IMG/VR virus record: IMGVR_UViG_3300032053_000007 | DNA length: 64,000 bases | From: a virus | Lineage: Duplodnaviria; Heunggongvirae; Uroviricota; Caudoviricetes | Strand: one strand, 5' to 3' | Part shown: piece after piece, positions 33,447 to 41,624 of the stretch | How the letters are laid out: each line of letters opens with the position of its first letter | Numbering within the stretch: position 1 is the stretch's first letter | Notes under the pieces: generated by a model | Databases searched by the model: none | Seen by the model: only the letters and a program-made list of their open reading frames with translations | What the model was told of the DNA's origin: nothing | Position numbers and translations under genes: made by a program

Positions 33447-33462
33447 TTAATCAACTGTTTAA
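33447..33462. promoter_or_regulatory. degenerate palindrome
   Basis: ttaatcaactgtttaa. Confidence 0.45.
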
Positions 33463-33506
33463 AAAAGTGGCTTTTGATGGCACAAGGGCTTGGACAGACG
33501 GTTATA

Positions 33507-33539
33507 TTGGCATGGATGTTCTAGGCAAAAGTTTATAAG
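33507..33539 (+). promoter_or_regulatory. GAGCATGG-box/TATA promoter cassette
   Basis: ttGGCATGGatgTTCT..TTTATAAG; offset 24; leaderless ATG 33563. Confidence 0.6.
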
Positions 33540-33562
33540 GGACGCTGATAATATATCCTAAT

Positions 33563-33853
33563 ATGACAACAAGAGAAGATGCAATAAAGCACATTCAGAA
33601 TTATAACAAGCCAAACGAACATATCTGTCTAATAATTTGGAATGTTGAGGACGTTCTGGGACGGGCAAAAGACAGGGGTATGAAAATTACCAAAAATGAA
33701 GCAGAGGAAATTATTGACATAATGGAACATAGACATGACGCAACAATAGGTGTAACTTGGGATACTATTGACTGTTATCTAGGAGATTTAGATGACAAAC
33801 GCCAAGAAGAGGAAAAGGCAAAGAATGGGGCAGAAAAGGTGTCCTTCACTTGA
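33563..33853 (+). CDS. VxFT-tail protein
   Basis: ends EKVSFT; TGA opens cassette 33851. Confidence 0.6.
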   Translation: MTTREDAIKHIQNYNKPNEHICLIIWNVEDVLGRAKDRGMKITKNEAEEIIDIMEHRHDATIGVTWDTIDCYLGDLDDKRQEEEKAKNGAEKVSFT

Positions 33854-33883
33854 GTATGGGGTTTTAGGGCAAAGGTTTATAAG
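33851..33883 (+). promoter_or_regulatory. GAGCATGG-box/TATA promoter cassette
   Basis: tGAGTATGGggtTTTA..TTTATAAG; offset 24. Confidence 0.6.
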
Positions 33884-33916
33884 GGTCGATGCTATTAATA
33901 ATTCAGGGTAGATTAG

Positions 33917-34174
33917 ATGACAAAGAAAAAAGAAACATTAATGCGTGATTTGAGTGTTAATCCAGAAAACGAAATGGATATTGAAACGGCAGTTCAAAAG
34001 CTAAAAGAAAGACAACGTAGAGCAATGCTTGTTCGAGATAAACGTATGGAAGAGTTTTCAATGTTCCGTTCGAAGAAACTTGCGTGTTTTTGGATTTTCG
34101 GGGGTTTGTTGTTAGCTTTGGCATTCATAGAGTTTATGAATGTACTATTAAGCAGTATGGCAACACCACTTTAG
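33917..34174 (+). CDS. C-terminal-TM small protein
   Basis: track ORF; hydrophobic C-terminus. Confidence 0.55.
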   Translation: MTKKKETLMRDLSVNPENEMDIETAVQKLKERQRRAMLVRDKRMEEFSMFRSKKLACFWIFGGLLLALAFIEFMNVLLSSMATPL

Positions 34175-34183
34175 GTGAATGGA

Positions 34184-35041
34184 ATGACCGAAACAGAAAA
34201 TAAAATCGCGGTTGAAATATCTGAACCCGATAAGGTTCAAGAAATGAGCGATGCAATACTTGAAATGATAGTGAAGAACCTAGTCGATAACGGAAGATTG
34301 CTTGTTATTGGGCTAGGGGGAACGGGCAAGACAAACGCCGTGAAGCACATAGTAAGATACATTCGAAACTCACAAAGATATAAAGAGGGAAAAATAGTAA
34401 TTCGAATAGGCGATAGTGCTAATACATGGAAACTCACATTTGATGAAATACCCTACGTTGACATAACAAAGAAACCGAGCATTCCAGAGGACGAGAAAAC
34501 AGTTTTGCTTGATTTGGGATTCTTATCAACTGCAAAAAATGTTAGCCTAGTCGAAAACTTAGTCGGACAAGACTATTACATTCAGAGAGAATCAATGAAC
34601 AAGAACAACGGGACGGCAGAAATCCAGAGAATCTACGTTCTGGAAGAGATTCAGAACTTGTTTGGTTCTTACAAGAAATCTGACTTCTGGTTGAAGATTT
34701 GGAGCGAATCAAGAAATTATAGTCAATTCTTCATAGGAATAGGTCAACGTCTGAGTGACATTTCTACTCAGATAGTTGAGCGCACAAAATATCTACTGAT
34801 AGGTTCTCTCGCTGGCGATAACGACATCTCGAAATTGAAAAGGGCATTTGGTTCAGAGAAGGGACAGAGAATAGCAAATGTAGTTATGAGTTTGCGAAAA
34901 GGCGAATTTCTCTGGGTTGACAGAGAGGGCGAAAACTCTATGAAAATTTCGTTTCCAAAGTTCGAACAGAACGGTAAACCTTATGAATTTAACGACAAAA
35001 CCATTAACACAAGGATTCATGCCGAGAGAGTTTTCCTATGA
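34184..35041 (+). CDS. P-loop NTPase (FtsK/HerA/A32-type candidate)
   Basis: Walker A GLGGTGKT, Walker B-like RIYVLEE; ATG 34184 after SD AGGTGA (track used GTG 34175). Confidence 0.6.
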   Translation: MTETENKIAVEISEPDKVQEMSDAILEMIVKNLVDNGRLLVIGLGGTGKTNAVKHIVRYIRNSQRYKEGKIVIRIGDSANTWKLTFDEIPYVDITKKPSIPEDEKTVLLDLGFLSTAKNVSLVENLVGQDYYIQRESMNKNNGTAEIQRIYVLEEIQNLFGSYKKSDFWLKIWSESRNYSQFFIGIGQRLSDISTQIVERTKYLLIGSLAGDNDISKLKRAFGSEKGQRIANVVMSLRKGEFLWVDREGENSMKISFPKFEQNGKPYEFNDKTINTRIHAERVFL

Positions 35042-35187
35042 ATTTCTGGAAAGTTTATCAGAAATGGGTTTTGGTTACGGGCAATATTATTGCCTATTAC
35101 ACCCATTCTGAATTTCTTCTTTTCCTTTTTTTCCTTCTCAATGACCCATTAATAGTTTTAGCATTGAAAGGGAGAACAACAGAATGA
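35038..35187 (+). CDS. small hydrophobic protein (49 aa)
   Basis: ATGA overlap at both ends. Confidence 0.4.
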   Translation: MNFWKVYQKWVLVTGNIIAYYTHSEFLLFLFFLLNDPLIVLALKGRTTE

Positions 35188-35405
35188 TTAAGGTCAGATG
35201 TGCGAATTGCAAAAAAGAATTTTACTGTAATGGTAATGATATGTGTTCTGTCGGCATTCGAGTTTCACAATTTCACAAAAAGATACATGAATGTTATTGT
35301 GAAGAATGTACGAGAAAACAACGCTTAGATACCGCGAAAGGAATTAAAAAATGCGGTTACAGAAAAGTTGAGGACGTAGAACCAGAAATGGTGAAATTCA
35401 CATGA
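35184..35405 (+). CDS. ZR-F family zinc-ribbon mini-protein
   Basis: CANCKKEFYCNGNDMC..CYCEEC; ends EMVKFT. Confidence 0.65.
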   Translation: MIKVRCANCKKEFYCNGNDMCSVGIRVSQFHKKIHECYCEECTRKQRLDTAKGIKKCGYRKVEDVEPEMVKFT

Positions 35406-35725
35406 TTGTCGGATTAAAAATCTTAGATGATTTTCAAGTTGGGGACGCGGAAGAGTTAGTCGAACAACTGAGAAAACGCGGTTTGCTAGATTTGACTCTT
35501 GAACAAGTGAAAGAGAAAGTTAAGAAAGAATATAATGGCACAGATTTTGAGGACGTAGTTTGTAACGATGATTGTATAGACTATATTCTCAAAGATTTAG
35601 CTGACGGTTGTTTTTATTGGGAATACCACAATAGTTCAGAACAATTTACGATAAACATAATTGACCCTAATAAACCATTCACTAAAGACGGTAAAGAACC
35701 AAAGGTTAAGGTGCAATTCAGTTGA
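35402..35725 (+). CDS. acidic VxFS-tail protein
   Basis: ends VKVQFS (AGTTGA junction). Confidence 0.6.
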   Translation: MIVGLKILDDFQVGDAEELVEQLRKRGLLDLTLEQVKEKVKKEYNGTDFEDVVCNDDCIDYILKDLADGCFYWEYHNSSEQFTINIIDPNKPFTKDGKEPKVKVQFS

Positions 35726-35949
35726 GTTTACCAACACAGGGCTGTTTCAACTGTTTGTTTAACAACCGAAAAAAAGGATATTGTGATACGAAAGGAGAAC
35801 AATATGGAACGAGATATGAGAATATAGGAAAACACAGCGAAAAATCCATTAAGACGACAGGAAGCAGTTGTATAACTTGGAAACAAGGAATAGACCTTTT
35901 CGCAAAATGGGATAAAGAGAAAGTAAAGGAAAGGGTGAAGTTTACTTGA
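35722..35949 (+). CDS. GCFNC family mini-protein
   Basis: QGCFNC..GSSC; ends ERVKFT. Confidence 0.6.
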   Translation: MSLPTQGCFNCLFNNRKKGYCDTKGEQYGTRYENIGKHSEKSIKTTGSSCITWKQGIDLFAKWDKEKVKERVKFT

Positions 35950-36119
35950 AGTGTAAAAATTGTAAAAAAGAGTTTAATTGCAAGCAATCATGTGATGCGA
36001 AAAATAGAAAGATGAACCAATGTTTATGTCCTGATTGTTGGGTGAAAAAGAAAGAAAGACTTGTAGAATGTCTTAAAGTCAAGCAACCAAATGAAAGGGA
36101 AATAGTGATGTTCACTTGA
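35946..36119 (+). CDS. ZR-F family zinc-ribbon mini-protein (57 aa)
   Basis: CKNCKKEFNCKQSC..CLCPDC; ends EIVMFT. Confidence 0.6.
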   Translation: MKCKNCKKEFNCKQSCDAKNRKMNQCLCPDCWVKKKERLVECLKVKQPNEREIVMFT

Positions 36120-36265
36120 ACAAAATAATACCCAGAGGACAAGCCAACAGAGAAGAGTTGAAAGTTGGAGATGTCTTTCACAAAAACGGTTATCGTTATC
36201 TGGTTCAAAAAATAGTTCATGGGATTCCATATTTAGAAGAACAAGAGGAAGTGCAATTCACTTGA
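36116..36265 (+). CDS. VxFT-tail mini-protein (49 aa)
   Basis: ends EEVQFT. Confidence 0.5.
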   Translation: MNKIIPRGQANREELKVGDVFHKNGYRYLVQKIVHGIPYLEEQEEVQFT

Positions 36266-36390
36266 ATCGAGAACAGATAATCAAAAATCTAAAATCTGTT
36301 CCAACAGGAAATGTCCAACAGAATCAGCAAATAATTGCTCAGGCATTAATTTACATCTTGGAGAATAAAGAAAAGGTGTCCTTCACTTGA
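36262..36390 (+). CDS. VxFT-tail mini-protein (42 aa)
   Basis: ends EKVSFT. Confidence 0.5.
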   Translation: MNREQIIKNLKSVPTGNVQQNQQIIAQALIYILENKEKVSFT

Positions 36391-36551
36391 GAAGAATGCA
36401 ACTGCAAGCTAACATAAAAACGGGCGTAACTACTCTGAAAGTTTTGATATGCACAAACTATTTACAAGACAGATGCCAAAAGTGTGACATGTATTCTGTG
36501 TGCGATGTTAGTGGCAAAAAGCCTAAAAAGGAAGTTGTGTGTTTCACTTGA
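36387..36551 (+). CDS. Cys-rich VxFT-tail mini-protein (54 aa)
   Basis: CQKCDMYSVC; ends EVVCFT. Confidence 0.5.
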   Translation: MRRMQLQANIKTGVTTLKVLICTNYLQDRCQKCDMYSVCDVSGKKPKKEVVCFT

Positions 36552-36763
36552 CCGAAAAAATTCCGCTAGAAGAAGATTATGACCCCCCAGATTATAGAGA
36601 GAAACTTACTTGTTATAATTGTGAGAAGTTCGCAAGTAGTATTAGAGAAATAGGCAATGGGGGAAGAGTAAAATTTGCTCACAAGTTTTGGTGGCTTTGT
36701 CCCGAATGTTTCAAAAAGCTAATTTTGAAAGAAAAAAGAAAAGAGAGGGTTGAGTTCACATGA
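36548..36763 (+). CDS. zinc-ribbon VxFT-tail mini-protein
   Basis: trimmed to junction TTG; CYNC..CPEC; ends ERVEFT. Confidence 0.6.
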   Translation: MTEKIPLEEDYDPPDYREKLTCYNCEKFASSIREIGNGGRVKFAHKFWWLCPECFKKLILKEKRKERVEFT

Positions 36764-37047
36764 CACGTAAAGTTAGTTTAAGATGGCTTGCGTATTCTAA
36801 TGACCCTCTTGCAGTAAAATTTAGAGGGGGTATAAGTGGGGGTTCAGAGGAATGTGCTCTTTGCTCTATGTTTTTTGAAGATGACTACGATGACGGAGAA
36901 CATATATCTAAATGTTCATTTGAAGAGATACACGAAAGCGAGATAGAACACTTTCAACAGATGGCAGATGAGATGATTTTGGATATTAAAATTACTTCAC
37001 TAGGCGATATAAGGAACGCTATAAAAGAAGTAGTTCAGTTCACTTGA
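36760..37047 (+). CDS. VxFT-tail protein
   Basis: ends EVVQFT; TGA opens cassette 37045. Confidence 0.6.
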   Translation: MTRKVSLRWLAYSNDPLAVKFRGGISGGSEECALCSMFFEDDYDDGEHISKCSFEEIHESEIEHFQQMADEMILDIKITSLGDIRNAIKEVVQFT

Positions 37048-37077
37048 GTATGGTAGTTCTGGGCTAAGGTTTATATA
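37045..37077 (+). promoter_or_regulatory. GAGCATGG-box/TATA promoter cassette
   Basis: tGAGTATGGtagTTCT..TTTATATA; offset 24. Confidence 0.6.
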
Positions 37078-37108
37078 GGACGATGCTAATATACTCTTGT
37101 TGATAAAA

Positions 37109-37318
37109 ATGGACTCCGAAGTTGATTTGATTATCGCCTACGAATCAGGCGAACTAGACGAACAGAAAACTCTGGAACTTTTCTCGATGCTAGTGAAAAA
37201 CGGACACGCTTGGAGTTTACAGGGAACCTACGGACGCATGGCTCACCAATTAATCGAAGCTGGCTACCTAGATAAACAGGGAAATATAACTCGAACATTC
37301 GAAGAGGACGAAGGTTAA
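37109..37318 (+). CDS. hypothetical protein
   Basis: trimmed to ATG 37109. Confidence 0.5.
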   Translation: MDSEVDLIIAYESGELDEQKTLELFSMLVKNGHAWSLQGTYGRMAHQLIEAGYLDKQGNITRTFEEDEG

Positions 37319-37482
37319 TGCCTGAACCGAAATTCAAAATAGTTACGAGTAAACGCAATTGGGTTGAGAAAGCGAAGGACAAGCAAACAGCCTACATACA
37401 GGCAGAGAAAAAGTTGGACAGGGACGAAAAGATTCTCTTCAACTTAGCATGGAATCAGGAAGCAAAACTTAGCGGTGAATGA
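37318..37482 (+). CDS. hypothetical small protein (54 aa), paralog of 31057
   Basis: TAATG overlap. Confidence 0.45.
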   Translation: MPEPKFKIVTSKRNWVEKAKDKQTAYIQAEKKLDRDEKILFNLAWNQEAKLSGE

Positions 37483-37483
37483 A

Positions 37484-37618
37484 ATGCCAAAAACCCTTTA
37501 TGATGTTGTCTTAAAGGAATTGGACAAACAATTGAAATACTACGGAGAAGATGTCGATTCAGAAATAGTTGCTTCGGAGATTGTAAAAAAAGTTGAGAAG
37601 TTTCTAGGAGAAAAGTAA
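37484..37618 (+). CDS. hypothetical mini-protein (44 aa)
   Basis: ATG 1 nt after previous stop. Confidence 0.4.
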   Translation: MPKTLYDVVLKELDKQLKYYGEDVDSEIVASEIVKKVEKFLGEK

Positions 37619-37619
37619 A

Positions 37620-37790
37620 ATGCCAAAACAAGCAACAGATGAACAAGTAAAAGACCTAGTTCGAAAGATAGACTTTCGGTCAAGAGTTTACGAAAGACTC
37701 AGAGTTCTAGGCTATTCAAAAGAAGATGCAACAGAAATAGTTATCGAATTAAGAAAAGCAATGGAGAAAATAGACGATGCCAACGCTTGA
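37620..37790 (+). CDS. hypothetical small helical protein (56 aa)
   Basis: ATG 1 nt after previous stop. Confidence 0.4.
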   Translation: MPKQATDEQVKDLVRKIDFRSRVYERLRVLGYSKEDATEIVIELRKAMEKIDDANA

Positions 37791-38013
37791 ATCTTCGATT
37801 TACATTGAAGCCCAAAAGAAAAAGAAAGACCCGAATGCAGAACTTAGACGAATGAAGGGAACGGCGATTCTTTTCATCTGCGATAATCCGACCCCGATAT
37901 TCACACGACAATTTAATGCGGAGAAACAAGCCGTTTCCGAGTTGGCGTTTTCGGAAGAAATGGTTGAGAACCCCGAAAAAAGGAAGGAAAGACTTAGAGG
38001 TTACGTTTGCTGA
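37777..38013 (+). CDS. hypothetical protein
   Basis: track ORF; TGA opens cassette 38011. Confidence 0.5.
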   Translation: MPTLESSIYIEAQKKKKDPNAELRRMKGTAILFICDNPTPIFTRQFNAEKQAVSELAFSEEMVENPEKRKERLRGYVC

Positions 38014-38043
38014 GTACGTTCGTTCTAGGCATACATTTATATA
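38011..38043 (+). promoter_or_regulatory. GAGCATGG-box/TATA promoter cassette (variant box)
   Basis: tGAGTACGTtcgTTCT..TTTATATA; offset 24; heads 17-gene array. Confidence 0.6.
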
Positions 38044-38076
38044 GGACGAACACATAGACATAACTGAGTGTCTGCA

Positions 38077-38343
38077 ATGGAAGGAAGTAAAGCGTTTCGC
38101 GCTCAGATAGACAAACTTGTTAAGCAACGAACAAAACTTAAACTAGACGATGACGTAAAAATATTGAGGGGGGAAAACAAAGGCAAGATAGGGTTCATTG
38201 ACAAAATAGGCTCTATAACAGACATTAAAGACGTAAATTCTACACACGTTCAATATCTTGTTCGTGTTGGCAAAGACCTTCTTGCATACGATGATTTTGA
38301 ATTACAGGTAACAATGAAACCTGAGAAAGTGGACTTCACATGA
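38077..38343 (+). CDS. VxFT-tail protein
   Basis: trimmed to ATG 38077; ends EKVDFT. Confidence 0.6.
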   Translation: MEGSKAFRAQIDKLVKQRTKLKLDDDVKILRGENKGKIGFIDKIGSITDIKDVNSTHVQYLVRVGKDLLAYDDFELQVTMKPEKVDFT

Positions 38344-38606
38344 TGTTGAAAACGGATTGTCTAAAATGTGGTGCATGGGTTCCTGAATATAATCGGGACG
38401 ATGATATGATAGACGTTTCTTTGTGCAAAGATTGTCTTGCGATGTGGCACAAATTTCATCACAAATATGGAAGGGATATTGAAAGAAAATATACTCAGGG
38501 CATAAATGGACATCACGCAAGTTGGGCTGTTTTTCTAGGCGAACTTCCTAACTTCTGGGATAAGAGTATAGACAAACCTAAAAAAGAACGAGTGCAATTT
38601 ACATGA
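38340..38606 (+). CDS. ZR-W family zinc-ribbon mini-protein
   Basis: CLKCG..CKDCLAMW; ends ERVQFT. Confidence 0.65.
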   Translation: MMLKTDCLKCGAWVPEYNRDDDMIDVSLCKDCLAMWHKFHHKYGRDIERKYTQGINGHHASWAVFLGELPNFWDKSIDKPKKERVQFT

Positions 38607-38761
38607 ATAACCCCGATTGTGAAAAGTGTCATTGCAACGGTTGTGCTAACTTCTGCTATAAAACTTGTAAAAGTCATTCATGTGGTGCTGACAGAGAAAA
38701 TTATCCTTACAAAATTTTGTGCAGAGAAATCAAAATCAGAGAGAAGGTATTGTTCACTTGA
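38603..38761 (+). CDS. Cys-rich VxFT-tail mini-protein (52 aa)
   Basis: 9 Cys; ends EKVLFT. Confidence 0.5.
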   Translation: MNNPDCEKCHCNGCANFCYKTCKSHSCGADRENYPYKILCREIKIREKVLFT

Positions 38762-38985
38762 AGTGCGCTAAATGTCACAAAGAAATTCAGGGACGAGAAG
38801 TTAAGATAGGAGAATCTAAAGAAACTATGAGAATTATTTGTATGGGGTGCAGAACAGTTTGGATAAAAATTTATGAGAAAAAGATTCAGATATTAGAAGG
38901 TTTCCAACTTCAAAATAAAGTTTGGAAAGAAGAGTATCACAAGTTCATAGGAATTATAGACAAAGAACAGGTAGAATTTACATGA
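38758..38985 (+). CDS. ZR-W family zinc-ribbon mini-protein
   Basis: trimmed to junction TTG; CAKC..CMGCRTVW; ends EQVEFT. Confidence 0.6.
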   Translation: MKCAKCHKEIQGREVKIGESKETMRIICMGCRTVWIKIYEKKIQILEGFQLQNKVWKEEYHKFIGIIDKEQVEFT

Positions 38986-39128
38986 ATCGAAACGAACAAC
39001 CTGATTATTGCAAAAAGTGTGAGTTGGATTGTGAGGGAAGAGTATGGGATTCAAAAAGAGGATTGTGGTATTGCACAAGTTGGACTTGCTTTATTCCAGA
39101 TAACAGAGAGCGAGTTGAGTTTACTTGA
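38982..39128 (+). CDS. Cys-rich VxFT-tail mini-protein (48 aa)
   Basis: trimmed to junction ATG; CKKCELDC; ends ERVEFT. Confidence 0.55.
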   Translation: MNRNEQPDYCKKCELDCEGRVWDSKRGLWYCTSWTCFIPDNRERVEFT

Positions 39129-39505
39129 GTGGCACTTTTTCGAATTGGACTTTACGCAAAGAACCTGAGTTTGAAACCGAACTAACAGATATTATGGAAG
39201 AATATTCAGATGACACGATAGAGAAAAATATCCTTATCATTTTGAAACGGGAGAAATTATGGGATAAGGGGTTTGAACTGATTTTTCCTATTGGAGCTTT
39301 CAAAGAGATAGATAAAGAAAATGATAGCTACCAATTTGACTATGAGATTTGGAAGGGCGATAAGGTAATTGCTAGTGGAACTTGTTACGGGACTGTCACA
39401 ACCGACTTGGCATATTCAGAAATTTTAGATATGACACTAGAAATAAATGAGGGATATAGCGAACTTGTACGTTTACATTCAAAAGAAAAGGTTGAGTTTA
39501 CATGA
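39125..39505 (+). CDS. acidic VxFT-tail protein
   Basis: ends EKVEFT. Confidence 0.6.
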   Translation: MSGTFSNWTLRKEPEFETELTDIMEEYSDDTIEKNILIILKREKLWDKGFELIFPIGAFKEIDKENDSYQFDYEIWKGDKVIASGTCYGTVTTDLAYSEILDMTLEINEGYSELVRLHSKEKVEFT

Positions 39506-39717
39506 TAGTCCCCGAACTTTTCAAAAGAACTTGTAGAACGTGTGGACGAATTTTTTACTGTGATAATGATTGTGGAAAACTTGAAAAGAGCAAACATAGT
39601 AATGGTTGTGAATGTGGATTATGCCACGCAAAAACAGTAAGGGAAAATGGTCGTTCTTGCGAAGAACGAATGGAGCGAAACAAATATCGTTATCAAGAGG
39701 TTGTACAATTTACATGA
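39502..39717 (+). CDS. ZR-F family zinc-ribbon mini-protein
   Basis: CRTCGRIFYCDNDC..CECGLC; ends EVVQFT. Confidence 0.65.
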   Translation: MIVPELFKRTCRTCGRIFYCDNDCGKLEKSKHSNGCECGLCHAKTVRENGRSCEERMERNKYRYQEVVQFT

Positions 39718-39815
39718 ACCATCTACAACATATTTTTACAAAATATAGAAGTCTCAAAAAATGGTATGACCGTTTTGAAATTGAGAAAGAACCCGTGAGA
39801 GTGCAATTCACATGA
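39714..39815 (+). CDS. VxFT-tail mini-protein (33 aa)
   Basis: trimmed to junction ATG; ends VRVQFT. Confidence 0.5.
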   Translation: MNHLQHIFTKYRSLKKWYDRFEIEKEPVRVQFT

Positions 39816-40027
39816 CACAAAAATCCTATAATCGTATTTGTGAAAAATGCGGTGAATCTTTTCAAACGAATAACGATATTCTTTGTCAAAAATGCAGAGA
39901 AAAATGGTATAATTTTTACGAACTTCACAAAAACGATGCCGACATTCCAGAATCCGAAGCAAAAGCAACCTTTCTCTGGGACAAGTTTATTAAAAGGGTA
40001 GATAAAGAGGTAGTGCAATTTACATGA
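39812..40027 (+). CDS. ZR-W family zinc-ribbon mini-protein
   Basis: CEKCG..CQKCREKW; ends EVVQFT. Confidence 0.65.
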   Translation: MTQKSYNRICEKCGESFQTNNDILCQKCREKWYNFYELHKNDADIPESEAKATFLWDKFIKRVDKEVVQFT

Positions 40028-40233
40028 AGAAATATCCATTAGCTCTAACAAAGAAGTGCGGTAATTGTGGTAGAACTTTCACTTGTAAAGGGAGAGGATG
40101 GACTAAATCTTCAATAACGGGAAAATGTCCTCACGAATATAGCGTTTGTTGGTGTGAAAAATGCAATCATGGGTCGGGTCGTCCAGAAGGTTGCGAAGAG
40201 GTTGACTTAAAAGAAGTGGTGCAATTCACATGA
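40024..40233 (+). CDS. ZR-F family zinc-ribbon mini-protein
   Basis: CGNCGRTFTCKG..CWCEKC; ends EVVQFT. Confidence 0.65.
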   Translation: MKKYPLALTKKCGNCGRTFTCKGRGWTKSSITGKCPHEYSVCWCEKCNHGSGRPEGCEEVDLKEVVQFT

Positions 40234-40373
40234 CGGAAATATACTGCGCTGGAAAAATAATTTACTGCGATGTCGGGGAGATAAATCATTATGACGATTT
40301 TTGTCAAAAGAGTTGCAGACAACGTTCGATTTGTGAAGTGAGAAAACAAAAAGAAGAGGTTCAATTCACTTGA
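40230..40373 (+). CDS. Cys-rich VxFT-tail mini-protein (47 aa)
   Basis: ends EEVQFT. Confidence 0.5.
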   Translation: MTEIYCAGKIIYCDVGEINHYDDFCQKSCRQRSICEVRKQKEEVQFT

Positions 40374-40567
40374 AAGAAATGACGTGCCAAGTTTGCGGAA
40401 AAAAGTTCTTCTGTAATTGTGACGAAGAATGTTCCCCAGACGCTACATTATGCTATTGTAAAGAATGTTCAATCAAAAAATGGGGAACAAAATTTACTGA
40501 AGATATAGGGTCACTTGAATTGTGCTATGGGGGAATACCCGAAAAAGAGAAGGTGTTATTCACTTGA
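40370..40567 (+). CDS. ZR-F family zinc-ribbon mini-protein
   Basis: CQVCGKKFFCNC..CYCKEC; ends EKVLFT. Confidence 0.65.
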   Translation: MKEMTCQVCGKKFFCNCDEECSPDATLCYCKECSIKKWGTKFTEDIGSLELCYGGIPEKEKVLFT

Positions 40568-40773
40568 CAAACAAACTCGTTGATAAAGAAGAACTTCCAG
40601 ATTTTTGTCCCGTGTGCGGAGAAAAGAATAACGGAAAATGGGCGTTTCTTTGTATAAAATGTTGGATGGTTTTTGTCAAGTGGAGTCATGAAAAATATCC
40701 GAATGACATAATAATTTCAGACCATATTCCAGAATATTTAGCCAAACTCAAAGAGAAGGTAGAGTTCACTTGA
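40564..40773 (+). CDS. ZR-W family zinc-ribbon mini-protein
   Basis: trimmed to junction TTG; CPVCG..CIKCWMVF; ends EKVEFT. Confidence 0.6.
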   Translation: MTNKLVDKEELPDFCPVCGEKNNGKWAFLCIKCWMVFVKWSHEKYPNDIIISDHIPEYLAKLKEKVEFT

Positions 40774-41048
40774 AATGTTCGAAATGTGGAAAACCAATAA
40801 CTGTAACTCTTCCAAAAAAGAAATGGTTCCACGTAAGCAATTCTAATAATTTTGAACATAAAGACGAAGATACCAAAACGATAGATGCGGTTTTAATCTT
40901 TTTAGTAAATAGCGGATTTAAACATAACATCTGGATTTGTAGAGGATGTTATGACGAATGGGGCATCTTTCATGGGAAACATTTTGGAAGATGGGAATAT
41001 TGCTGGAATCTCTGGTTTAATATGAGAGAGGTTGTTCGATTCACATGA
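40770..41048 (+). CDS. ZR-W family zinc-ribbon mini-protein
   Basis: CSKCGK..CRGCYDEW; ends EVVRFT. Confidence 0.65.
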   Translation: MKCSKCGKPITVTLPKKKWFHVSNSNNFEHKDEDTKTIDAVLIFLVNSGFKHNIWICRGCYDEWGIFHGKHFGRWEYCWNLWFNMREVVRFT

Positions 41049-41260
41049 ACAAAATTTGTGGAAAATGCGGAAAACATTTCGTGTGCAATAATGGGTGCGC
41101 TAGATTAGGTCTTAGTCATGGCAAAGTGCAATACGGGGGTTGTTATTGCTCCGATTGTGCGCGAAAGTTTGAGAAATCCGAAGTTGGGGAATACCCAAAA
41201 GATTTGAAAGAAGTTTGTTCACGATTCTGTAAAGCTAAAGAAACGGTGTCATTCACATGA
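41045..41260 (+). CDS. ZR-F family zinc-ribbon mini-protein
   Basis: CGKCGKHFVCNNGC..CYCSDC; ends ETVSFT. Confidence 0.65.
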   Translation: MNKICGKCGKHFVCNNGCARLGLSHGKVQYGGCYCSDCARKFEKSEVGEYPKDLKEVCSRFCKAKETVSFT

Positions 41261-41487
41261 CCCATAAATCTCCGCTTGCACAATGGAAAAAGAAACCACT
41301 TGTCGAATTGAAAAGTGAAATTCATACTTTACAAGCATTGAGCAACCGATTAACTAGGTCTGCGGAACTACATAAAAAAGAGAGAAATTTTCCAATGCAA
41401 ATGGTTTGTCTGATAAAGAAGAGAAAAGTCGATATTAGAATTTCTGAACTTATGTTTCGGATTCCAGAAAAGGTGAGTTTCGATTGA
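41257..41487 (+). CDS. VxFD-tail protein
   Basis: ends EKVSFD. Confidence 0.6.
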   Translation: MTHKSPLAQWKKKPLVELKSEIHTLQALSNRLTRSAELHKKERNFPMQMVCLIKKRKVDIRISELMFRIPEKVSFD

Positions 41488-41624
41488 CAGAAGAGAAAAT
41501 GATAGAATGTTTTAGATGTGGAAAACTTTGGTTCTGCAAACCCTTCGCTGGAAGTCGTGCACTTTTTTGTCCCGAATGTCTAAAACTATTGTATAAACAA
41601 AAAGAGAAAGTTCGGTTCGATTAG
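41484..41624 (+). CDS. zinc-ribbon VxFD-tail mini-protein (46 aa)
   Basis: CFRCGKLWFC..CPEC; ends EKVRFD; stop TAG, last gene of array. Confidence 0.55.
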   Translation: MTEEKMIECFRCGKLWFCKPFAGSRALFCPECLKLLYKQKEKVRFD

